Of a DNA stretch of 64,000 nt, positions 1 through 11,000 are shown piece by piece (position 1 is the first letter of the stretch; the number at the start of each line of letters is the position of its first letter). The position numbers and the translations under genes are program-made. This stretch comes from Eledone cirrhosa (Eukaryota), in contig OZ024743.1 of the NCBI GenBank assembly GCA_964016885.1, positions 138,508,001 to 138,572,000 of the forward strand. The letters are read 5' to 3'. The notes under the pieces were generated by a model. It was not told the DNA's origin, did not search any database, and was given only the letters and a program-made list of their open reading frames with translations.

Positions 1-514
1 CTTGGTGTTTGGTGCTTGGTGCTTGGTGTTTGTACTTGGTGCTTGGTGATTGGTTCTTGGTGTTTGGTGCTTGGTGCTTGGTGTTTGGTGCTTGGTGCTT
101 GGTGTTTGGTGCTTGGTGTTTGGTGCTTGGTGTTTGGTGCTTGGTGCTTGGTGCTTGGTGTTAGGTGCTTGGTGTTTGGTGCTTGGTGTTAGGTGTTTGG
201 TGCTTGGTGCTTGGTGTTCGGTGCTTGGTGTTTGATGCTTGGTGCTTTGTGCTTGGTGTTTGGTGCTTGGTGCTTGGTGTTTGTACTTGGTGCTTGGTGC
301 TTGGTTCTTGGTGTTTGGTGCTTGGTGCTTGGTGTTTGGTGTTTGGTGCTTGGTGTTTGGTGCTTGGTGTTTGGTGCTTGGTGCTTGGTGTTTAGTGCTT
401 GGTGCTGGGTGGTTGGTGTTTAGTGCTTGGTGTTTGGTGCTGGGTGCTTGGTGTTTGGTGCTTGGTGTTTGGTGTTTGGTGCTTGGTGCTTGGTGTTTGG
501 TGCTTGGTGTTTAG

Positions 515-901
515 TGTTTGGTGCTTGGTGCTTAGTGTTTGGTGCTAGGTGCTTGGTGTTTGGTGCTTGGTGCTTGGTGTTTGGTGCCTGGTGCTTGGTG
601 TTTGGTGTTTGGTGTTTGGTGCTTGGTGCTTGGTGTTTGGTGTTTGCTGTTTGCTGTTTGGTGTTTGGTGTTTGGTGTTTGTTGTTTGGTGTTTGCTGTT
701 TGGTGTTTGGTGCTTGGTGCTTAGTGTTTGGTGCTAGGTGCTTGGTGTTTGGTGCTTGGTGCTTGGTGTTTGGTGCCTGGTGCTTGGTGTTTGGTGTTTG
801 GTGTTTGGTGCTTGGTGCTTGGTGTTTGGTGTTTGCTGTTTGCTGTTTGGTGTTTGGTGTTTGGTGTTTGTTGTTTGGTGTTTGCTGTTTGGTGTTTGGT
901 G
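515..901. repeat. 189-bp (27-unit) tandem duplication within the satellite; also present at ~3430-3760 and ~10850-11235
   Basis: The CTTAGTGTTTGGTGCTAGG marker has its first A at 534 and 723. ORF pairs 539/728, 3455/3644 and 10874/11063 all differ by 189. Confidence 0.85.
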
Positions 902-2089
902 TTTGCTTTTTGGTGTTTGGTGTTTGCTGTATGTTGTTTGCTATTTGGTGTTTGGTGTTTGGTGTTTGGTGCTTGTTGCTTGGTGTTTGGTGCTTGGTGC
1001 TTGGTGTTTGGTTCCTGGTGCTTGGTGCTTGGTGCTTGGTGTTTTGTGTTTCGTGTTTGGTTTTTGGTGCTTGGTGCTTGGTGCTTGGTCGTTGGTGTTT
1101 GGTGCTGGGTGCTTTGTCTTTGGTGCTTGGTGCTTGGTGCTTGGTGTTTGGTGTTTGCTGCTTGGTGTTTGATGCTTGGTGCTTGGTGCTTGGTGTTTTG
1201 TGTTTGGTGCTTGGTGTTTGGTGCTTGGTGCTTGGTGCTTGGTGTTTGGTGCTTGGTGCTGGGTGGTTGGTGTTTAGTGCTTGGTGTTTGGTGCTGGGTG
1301 CTTGGTGTTTGGTGCTTGGTGTTTGGTGTTTGGTGCTTGGTGCTTGGTGTTTGGTGCTTGGTGTTTAGTGTTTGGTGCTTGGTGCTTAGTGTTTGGTGCT
1401 AGGTGCTTGGTGTTTGGTGCTTGGTGCTTGGTGTTTGGTGCCTGGTGCTTGGTGTTTGGTGTTTGGTGTTTGGTGCTTGGTGCTTGGTGTTTGGTGTTTG
1501 CTGTTTGCTGTTTGGTGTTTGGTGTTTGGTGTTTGTTGTTTGGTGTTTGCTGTTTGGTGTTTGGTGTTTGCTTTTTGGTGTTTGGTGTTTGCTGTATGTT
1601 GTTTGCTATTTGGTGTTTGGTGTTTGGTGTTTGGTGCTTGTTGCTTGGTGTTTGGTGCTTGGTGCTTGGTGTTTGGTTCCTGGTGCTTGGTGCTTGGTGC
1701 TTGGTGTTTGGTGTTTGGTGCTTGGTGCTTGGAGTTTTGTGTTTGGTGCTTGGTGCTTGGTGTTTTGTGTTTCGTGTTTGGTTTTTGGTGCTTGGTGCTT
1801 GGTGCTTGGTCGTTGGTGTTTGGTGCTGGGTGCTTTGTCTTTGGTGCTTGGTGCCTGGTGCTTGGTGTTTGGTGTTTGCTGCTTGGTGTTTGATGCTTGG
1901 TGCTTGGTGCTTGGTGTTTTGTGTTTGGTGCTTGGTGTTTGGTGCTTGGTGCTTGGTGCTTGGTGTTTGGTGTTTGGTGTTTGTACTTGGTGCTTGGTGC
2001 TTGGTGCTGGGTGTTTGGTGCTTGGTGTTTGGTGCTTGGTGCTTGGTGCTTGGTGCTTGGTGCTTGGTGTTTGGTGGTTGGTGTTTGGT

Positions 2090-5000
2090 GCTTGGTGTTA
2101 GGTGTTTGGTGATTGGTGCTTGGTGTTTGGTGCTTGGTGTTTGGTGCTTGGTACTTGGTGCTTGGTGCTTGTTGTTAGGTGTTTGGTGCTTGGTGTTTGG
2201 TGCTTGGTGTTTGGTGCTTGGTGCTTGGTGCTTGGTGCTTGGTGTTTGGTGGTTGGTGTTTGGTGCTTGGTGTTAGGTGTTTGGTGCTTGGTGCTTGGTG
2301 TTTGGTGTTTGGTGCTTGTTGTTTGGTGTTTGGTGCTTGGTGTTTGGTGCTTTTTGCTTGGTGCTTGGTGCTTGGTGTTTGGTGCTTGGTGCTTGGTGTT
2401 TGGTGTTTGGTGCTGGGTGCTTGGTGTTTGGTTGTTGGTGTTATATGCTTGGTGTTTGATGCTTGGTGCTTGGTGCTTGGTGTTTGGTGTTTGGTGCTTG
2501 GTGTTTGATGCTTGGTGCTTGGTGCTTGGTGTTTGGTGCTTGGTGCTTGGTGTTTGCTGCTTGGTGCTTGGTGTTTGGTGCTTGGTGTTTGGTGCTTGGT
2601 GTTTGGTGCTTGGTCCTTGGTGCTTGGTGCTTGGTGTTTGGTGGTTGGTGCTTGGTGCTTGGTGTTAGGTGTTTGGTGCTTGGTGCTTGGTGTTTGGTGT
2701 TTGGTGCTTGGTGTTTGGTGTTTGGTGCTTGGTGTTTGGTGCTTGGTACTTGGTGCTTGGTGCTTGGTGTTAGGTGTTTGGTGCTTGGTGTTTGGTGTCT
2801 GGTTTTTGGTGCTTGGTGCTTGGTGTTTGGTGCTTGCTGCTGGCTGCTTGGTGTTTGGTGCTTGGTGATTGGTGCCTGGTGTTTGGTGCTTGGTGTTTGG
2901 TGTTTGGTGCTAGGTGCTTGGTGTTTGGTGCTTGGTGCTTGGTGTTTGTAGTTGGTGCTTGGTGATTGGTTCTTGGTGTTTGGTGCTTGGTGCTTGGTGT
3001 TTGGTGCTTGGTGCTTGGTGTTTGGTGCTTGGTGTTTGGTGCTTGGTGTTTGGTGCTTGGTGCTTGGTGCTTGGTGTTTGGTGCTTGGTGTTTGGTGCTT
3101 AGTGTTAGGTGTTTGGTGCTTGGTGCTTGGTGTTTGGTGCTTGGTGTTTGATGCTTGGTGCTTTGTGCTTGGTGTTTGGTGCTTGGTGCTTGGTGTTTGT
3201 ACTTGGTGCTTGGTGCTTGGTTCTTGGTGTTTGGTGCTTGGTGCTTGGTGTTTGGTGTTTGGTGCTTGGTGTTTGGTGCTTGGTGTTTGGTGCTTGGTGC
3301 TTGGTGTTTGGTGCTTGGTGCTGGGTGGTTGGTGTTTAGTGCTTGGTGTTTGGTGCTGGGTGCTTGGTGTTTGGTGCTTGGTGTTTGGTGTTTGGTGCTT
3401 GGTGCTTGGTGTTTGGTGCTTGGTGTTTAGTGTTTGGTGCTTGGTGCTTAGTGTTTGGTGCTAGGTGCTTGGTGTTTGGTGCTTTGTGCTTGGTGTTTGG
3501 TGCCTGGTGCTTGGTGTTTGGTGTTTGGTGTTTGGTGCTTGGTGCTTGGTGTTTGGTGTTTGCTGTTTGCTGTTTGGTGTTTGGTGTTTGGTGTTTGTTG
3601 TTTGGTGTTTGCTGTTTGGTGTTTGGTGCTTGGTGCTTAGTGTTTGGTGCTAGGTGCTTGGTGTTTGGTGCTTGGTGCTTGGTGTTTGGTGCCTGGTGCT
3701 TGGTGTTTGGTGTTTGGTGTTTGGTGCTTGGTGCTTGGTGTTTGGTGTTTGCTGTTTGCTGTTTGCTGTTTGGTGTTTGGTGTTTGCTTTTTGGTGTTTG
3801 GTGTTTGCTGTATGTTGTTTGCTATTTGGTGTTTGGTGTTTGGTGTTTGGTGCTTGTTGCTTGGTGTTTGGTGCTTGGTGCTTGGTGTTTGGTTCCTGGT
3901 GCTTGGTGCTTGGTGCTTGGTGTTTTGTGTTTCGTGTTTGGTTTTTGGTGCTTGGTGCTTGGTGCTTGGTCGTTGGTGTTTGGTGCTGGGTGCTTTGTCT
4001 TTGGTGCTTGGTGCTTGGTGCTTGGTGTTTGGTGTTTGCTGCTTGGTGTTTGATGCTTGGTGCTTGGTGCTTGGTGTTTTGTGTTTGGTGCTTGGTGTTT
4101 GGTGCTTGGTGCTTGGTGTTTGTACTTGGTGCTTGGTGCTTGGTGTTTGGTTCTTGGTTCTTGGTGTTTGGTGTTTGGCGATTGGTGTTTGGTGCTTGGT
4201 GCTTGGTGTTTGGTGCCTGGTGCTTGGTGCTTGGTGCTTGGTGTTTGGTGTTTGGTGCTTGGTGCTTGGAGTTTGGTGTTTGGTGCTTGGTGCTTGGTGT
4301 TTTGTGTTTGGTGCTTGGTGTTTGATGCTTGGTGCTTGGTGCTTGGTGTTTTGTGTTTGGTGCTTGGTTCTTGGTGTTTGGTGCTTGGTGCTTGGTGCTT
4401 GGTGTTTGTACTTGGTGCTTGGTACTTGGTATTTGGTTCTTGGTTCTTGGTGTTTGGTACTTGGTGCTTGGTGCTTGCTGCTTGATGTTTGGTGTTTGGT
4501 GGTTGGTGTTTGGTGCTTGGTGCTTGGTGCTTGGTGTTAGGTGTTTGGTGCTTGGTCCTTGGTGTTTGGTGCTTGGTGTTTGGTGTTTGCTGTCTGCTTT
4601 TTGGTGTTTAGTGTTTGCTGTATGGTGTTTGGTGTTTGCTGTTTGGTGTTTGTTCTTTGGTGCTTGATGTTTGGTGCTTGGTGCTTGGTGTTTGGTGTTT
4701 GGTGCTTGGTGCTTGGTGTTTGGTGTTATATGCTTGGTGTTTGATGCTTGGTGCTTGGTGCTTGGTGTTTGGTGTTTGGTGTTTGTACTTGGTGCTTGGT
4801 GCTTGGTGCTGGGTGTTTGGTGCTTGGTGTTTGGTGCTTGGTGCTTGGTGCTTGGTGCTTGGTGCTTGGTGTTTGGTGGTTGGTGTTTGGTGCTTGGTGT
4901 TAGGTGTTTGGTGATTGGTGCTTGGTGTTTGGTGTTTGGTGTTTGGTGTTATATGCTTGGTGTTTGATGCTTGGTGCTTGGTGCTTGGTGTTTGGTGTTT

Positions 5001-8000
5001 GGTGCTTGGTGTTTGATGCTTGGTGCTTGGTGCTTGGTGTTTGGTGCTTGGTGCTTGGTGTTTGGTGCTTGGTGCTTCGTGTTTGGTGCTTGGTGTTTGG
5101 TGCTTGGTGTTTGGTGCTTGGTCCTTGGTGCTTGGTGCTTGGTGTTTGGTGGTTGGTGCTTGGTGCTTGGTGTTAGGTGTTTGGTGCTTGGTGCTTGGTG
5201 TTTGGTGTTTGGTGCTTGGTGTTTGGTGTTTGGTGCTTGGTGTTTGGTGCTTGGTACTTGGTGCTTGGTGCTTGGTGTTAGGTGTTTGGTGCTTGGTGTT
5301 TGGTGTCTGGTTTTAGGTGCTTGGTGCTTGGTGTTTGGTGCTTGCTGCTGGCTGCTTGGTGTTTGGTGCTTGGTGATTGGTGCCTGGTGTTTGGTGCTTG
5401 GTGTTTGGTGTTTGGTGCTAGGTGCTTGGTGTTTGGTGCTTGGTGCTTGGTGTTTGTACTTGGTGCTTGGTGCTTGGTTCTTGGTGTTTGGTGCTTGGTG
5501 CTTGGTGTTTGGTGCTTGGTGCTTGGTGTTTGGTGCTTGGTGTTTGGTGCTTGGTGTTTGGTGTTTGGTGCTTGGTGCTTGGTGTTTGGTGCTTGGTGTT
5601 TGGTGCTTGGTGTTAGGTGTTTGGTGCTTGGTGCTTGGTGTTTGGTGCTTGGTGTTTGATGCTTGGTGCTTTGTGCTTGGTGTTTGGTGCTTGGTGCTTG
5701 GTGTTTGTACTTGGTGCTTGGTGCTTGGTTCTTGGTGTTTGGTGCTTGGTGCTTGGTGTTTGGTGTTTGGTGCTTGGTGTTTGGTGCCTGGTGTTTGGTG
5801 CTTGGTGCTTGGTGTTTGGTGCTTGGTGCTGGGTGGTTGGTGTTTAGTGCTTGGTGTTTGGTGCTGGGTGCTTGGTGTTTGGTGCTTGGTGTTTGGTGTT
5901 TGGTGCTTGGTGCTTGGTGTTTGGTGCTTGGTGTTTAGTGTTTGGTGCTTGGTGTTTGGTGTTTGGTGTTTGATGCTTGGTGTTTGGTGCTTGGTGTTTT
6001 GTGTTTGGTGCTTGGTGTTTGGTGCTTGGTGTTTGTACTTGGTGCTTGGTGCTTGGTGTTTGGTTCTTGGTTCTTGGTGTTTGGTGTTTGGCGATTGGTG
6101 TTTGGTGCTTGGTGCTTGGTGTTTGGTCTTTGGTGCTTGGTGTTTGGTGCTTGGTGCTTGGTGTTTGGTGTTTGGTGCTTGGTGCTTGGTGTTTGGTGTT
6201 ATATGCTTGGTGTTTGATGCTTGGTGCTTGGTGCTTGGTGTTTGGTGTTTGGTGTTTGTACTTGGTGCTTGTTGCTTGGTGCTTGGTGTTTGGTGCTTGG
6301 TGTTTGGTGCTTGGTGCTTGGTGCTTCGTGCTTGGTGCTTGGTGTTTGGTGGTTGGTGTTTGGTGCTTGGTGTTAGGTGTTTGGTGCTTGGTGCTTGGTG
6401 TTTGGTGTTTGGTGCTTGGTGTTTGGTGTTTGGTGCTTGGTGTTTGGTGCTTGGTACTTGGTGCTTGGTGCTTGGTGTTAGGTGTTTGGTGCTTGGTGTT
6501 TGATGCTTGGTGTTTGGTGCTTCGTGCTTGGTGTTTGGTGGTTGGTGTTTGGTGCTTGGTGTTAGGTGTTTGGTGCTTGGTGCTTGGTGTTTGGTGTTTG
6601 GTGCTTGGTGTTTGGTGTTTGGTGCTTGGTGTTTGCTGCTTTTTGCTTGGTGCTTGGTGTTTGGTGTTTGGTGCTTGGTGTTTGGTGTTTGGAGCTTGGT
6701 GTTTGGTGCTTTTTGCTTGGTGCTTGGTGCTTGGTGTTTGGTGCTTGGTGCTTGGTGTTTGGTGCTGGGTGCTTGGTGTTTGGTGTTTGGTGTTATATGC
6801 TTGGTGTTTGATGCTTGGTGCTTGGTGCTTGGTGTTTGGTGTTTGGTGCTTGGTGTTTGATGCTTGGTGCTTGGTGCTTGGTGTTTGGTGCTTGGTGCTT
6901 GGTGTTTGGTGCTTGGTGCTTGGTGTTTGGTGCTAGGTGTTTGGTTCTTGGTGTTTGGTGCTTGGTGCTTGGTGCTTGGTGCTTGGTGTTTGGTGGTTGG
7001 TGCTTGGTGCTTGGTGTTTGGTGTTTGGTGCTTGGTGTTTGGTGCTTGGTACTTGGTGCTTGGTGCTTGGTGTTAGGTGTTTGGTGCTTGGTGTTTGGTG
7101 TCTGGTTTTTGGTGCTTGGTGCTTGGTGTTTGGTGCTTGCTGCTGGCTGCTTGGTGTTTGGTGCTTGGTGATTGGTGCCTGGTGTTTGGTGCTTGGTGTT
7201 TGGTGTTTGGTGCTAGGTGCTTGGTGTTTGGTGCTTAGTGCTTGGTGTTTGTACTTGGTGCTTGGTGCTTGGTTCTTGGTGTTTGGTGCTTGGTGCTTGG
7301 TGTTTGGTGCTTGGTGCTTGGTGTTTGGTGCTTGGTGTTTGGTGCTTGGTGTTTGGTGCTTGGTGCTTGGTGCTTGGTGTTTGGTGCTTGGTGTTTGGTG
7401 CTTGGTGTTAGGTGTTTGGTGCTTGGTGCTTGGTGTTTGGTGTTTGGTTCTTGGTGTTTGGTGTTTGGTGTTATATGCTTGGTGTTTGATGCTTGGTGCT
7501 TGGTGCTTAGTGTTTGGTGCTTGGTGTTTGATGCTTGGTGCTTGGTGCTTGGTGTTTGGTGCTTGGTGCTTGGTGTTTGTACTTGGTGCTTGGTGCTTGG
7601 TTCTTGGTGTTTGGTGCTTGGTGCTTGGTGTTTGGTGTTTGGTGCTTGGTGTTTGGTGCTTGGTGTTTGGTGCTTGGTGCTTGGTGTTTGGTGCTTGGTG
7701 CTGGGTGGTTGGTGTTTAGTGCTTGGTGTTTGGTGCTTGGTGCTTGGTGTTTGGTGCTTGGTGTTGGTGTTTGGTGCTTGGTGCTTGGTGTTTGGTGCTT
7801 GGTGTTTAGTGTTTGGTGCTTGGTGCTTAGTGTTTGGTGCTTGGTGCTGGGTGGTTGGTGTTTAGTGCTTGGTGTTTGGTGCTTGGTGCTTGGTGTTTGG
7901 TGTTTGGTGTTTGGTGTTTGGTGCTTGTTGCTTGGTGTTTGGTGCTTGGTGCTTGGTGTTTGGTTCCTGGTGCTTGGTGCTTGGTGCTTGGTGTTTGGTG

Positions 8001-11000
8001 TTTGGTGCTTGGTGCTTGGAGTTTTGTGTTTGGTGCTTGGTGCTTGGTGCTTGGTGTTTGGTGCTTGGTGCTGGGTGGTTGGTGTTTAGTGCTTGGTGTT
8101 TGGTGCTGGGTGCTTGGTGTTTGGTGCTTGGTGTTTGGTGTTTGGTGCTTGGTGCTTGGTGTTTGGTGCTTGGTGTTTAGTGTTTGGTGCTTGGTGCTTA
8201 GTGTTTGGTGCTAGGTGCTTGGTGTTTGGTGCTTGGTGCTTGGTGTTTGGTGCCTGGTGCTTGGTGTTTGGTGTTTGGTGTTTGGTGCTTGGTGCTTGGT
8301 GTTTGGTGTTTGCTGTTTGCTGTTTGGTGTTTGGTGTTTGGTGTTTGTTGTTTGGTGTTTGCTGTTTGGTGTTTGGTGTTTGCTTTTTGGTGTTTGGTGT
8401 TTGCTGTATGTTGTTTGCTATTTGGTGTTTGGTGTTTGGTGTTTGGTGCTTGTTGCTTGGTGTTTGGTGCTTGGTGCTTGGTGTTTGGTTCCTGGTGCTT
8501 GGTGCTTGGTGCTTGGTGTTTGCTGTTTGGTGCTTGGTGCTTGGAGTTTTGTGTTTGGTGCTTGGTGCTTGGTGTTTTGTGTTTCGTGTTTGGTTTTTGG
8601 TGCTTGGTGCTTGGTGCTTGGTCGTTGGTGTTTGGTGCTGGGTGCCTTGTCTTTGGTGCTTGGTGCTTGGTGCTTGGTGTTTGGTGTTTGCTGCTTGGTG
8701 TTTGATGCTTGGTGCTTGGTGCTTGGTGTTTTGTGTTTGGTGCTTGGTGTTTGGTGCTTGGTGCTTGGTGTTTGTACTTGGTGCTTGGTGCTTGGTGTTT
8801 GGTTCTTGGTTCTTGGTGTTTGGTGTTTGGCGATTGGTGCCTGGTGCTTGGTGCTTGGTGCTTGGTGTTTGGTGTTTGGTGATTGGTGCCTGGAGTTTGG
8901 TGTTTGGTGCTTGGTGCTTGGTGTTTTGTGTTTGGTGCTTGGTGTTTGATGCTTGGTGCTTGGTGCTTGGTGTTTTGTGTTTGGTGCTTGGTTCTTGGTG
9001 TTTGGTGCTTGGTGCTTGGTGCTTGGTGTTTGTACTTGGTGCTTGGTGCTTGGTATTTGGTTCTTGGTTCTTGGTGTTTGGTACTTGGTGCTTGGTGCTT
9101 GGTGCTTGATGTTTGGTGTTTGGTGGTTGGTGTTTGGTGCTTGGTGCTTGGTGCTTGGTGTTAGGTGTTTGGTGCTTGGTCCTTGGTGTTTGGTGCTTGG
9201 TGTTTGGTGTTTGCTGTCTGCTTTTTGGTGTTTAGTGTTTGCTGTATGGTGTTTGGTGTTTGCTGTTTGGTGTTTGTTCTTTGGTGCTTGGTGTTTGGTG
9301 CTTGGTGCTTGGTGTTTGGTGTTTGGTGCTTGGTGCTTGGTGTTTGGTGTTATATGCTTGGTGTTTGATGCTTGGTGCTTGGTGCTTGGTGTTTGGTGTT
9401 TGGTGTTTGTACTTGGTGCTTGGTGCTTGGTGCTGGGTGTTTGGTGCTTGGTGTTTGGTGCTTGGTGCTTGGTGCTTGGTGCTTGGTGTTTGGTGCTTGG
9501 TGTTTGGTGCTTGGTGTTAGGTGTTTGGTGATTGGTGCTTGGTGTTTGGTGCTTGGTGTTTGGTGCTTGGTACTTGGTGCTTGGTGCTTGTTGTTAGGTG
9601 TTTGGTGCTTGGTGTTTGGTGCTTGGTGTTTGGTGCTTGGTGCTTGGTGCTTGGTGCTTGGTGTTTGGTGGTTGGTGTTTGGTGCTTGGTGTTAGGTGTT
9701 TGGTGCTTGGTGCTTGGTGTTTGGTGTTTGGTGCTTGTTGTTTGGTGTTTGGTGCTTGGTGTTTGGTGCTTTTTGCTTGGTGCTTGGTGCTTGGTGTTTG
9801 GTGCTTGGTGCTTGGTGTTTGGTGTTTGGTGCTGGGTGCTTGGTGTTTGGTTGTTGGTGTTATATGCTTGGTGTTTGATGCTTTGTGCTTGGTGCTTGGT
9901 GTTTGGTGTTTGGTGCTTGGTGTTTGATGCTTGGTGCTTGGTGCTTGGTGTTTGGTGCTTGGTGCTTGGTGTTTGGTGCTTGGTGCTTGGTGTTTGGTGC
10001 TTGGTGTTTGGTGCTTGGTGTTTGGTGCTTGGTCCTTGGTGCTTGGTGCTTGGTGTTTGGTGGTTGGTGCTTGGTGCTTGGTGTTAGGTGTTGGGTGCTT
10101 GGTGCTTGGTGTTTGGTGTTTGGTGCTTGGTGTTTGGTGTTTGGTGCTTGGTGTTTGGTGCTTGGTACTTGGTGCTTGGTGCTTGGTGTTAGGTGTTTGG
10201 TGCTTGGTGTTTGGTGTCTGGTTTTTGGTGCTTGGTGCTTGGTGTTTGGTGCTTGCTGCTGGCTGCTTGGTGTTTGGTGCTTGGTGATTGGTGCCTGGTG
10301 TTTGGTGCTTGGTGTTTGGTGTTTGGTGCTAGGTGCTTGGTGTTTGGTGCTTGGTGCTTGGTGTTTGTACTTGGTGCTTGGTGATTGGTTCTTGGTGTTT
10401 GGTGCTTGGTGCTTGGTGTTTGGTGCTTGGTGCTTGGTGTTTGGTGCTTGGTGTTTGGTGCTTGGTGTTTGGTGCTTGGTGCTTGGTGCTTGGTGTTTGG
10501 TGCTTGGTGTTTGGTGCTTGGTGTTAGGTGTTTGGTGCTTGGTGCTTGGTGTTTGGTGCTTGGTGTTTGATGCTTGGTGCTTTGTGCTTGGTGTTTGGTG
10601 CTTGGTGCTTGGTGTTTGTTCTTGGTGCTTGGTGCTTGGTTCTTGGTGTTTGGTGCTTGGTGCTTGGTGTTTGGTGTTTGGTGCTTGGTGTTTGGTGCTT
10701 GGTGTTTGGTGCTTGGTGCTTGGTGTTTGGTGCTTGGTGCTGGGTGGTTGGTGTTTAGTGCTTGGTGTTTGGTGCTGGGTGCTTGGTGTTTGGTGCTTGG
10801 TGTTTGGTGTTTGGTGCTTGGTGCTTGGTGTTTGGTGCTTGGTGTTTAGTGTTTGGTGCTTGGTGCTTAGTGTTTGGTGCTAGGTGCTTGGTGTTTGGTG
10901 CTTGGTGCTTGGTGTTTGGTGCCTGGTGCTTGGTGTTTGGTGTTTGGTGTTTGGTGCTTGGTGCTTGGTGTTTGGTGTTTGCTGTTTGCTGTTTGGTGTT

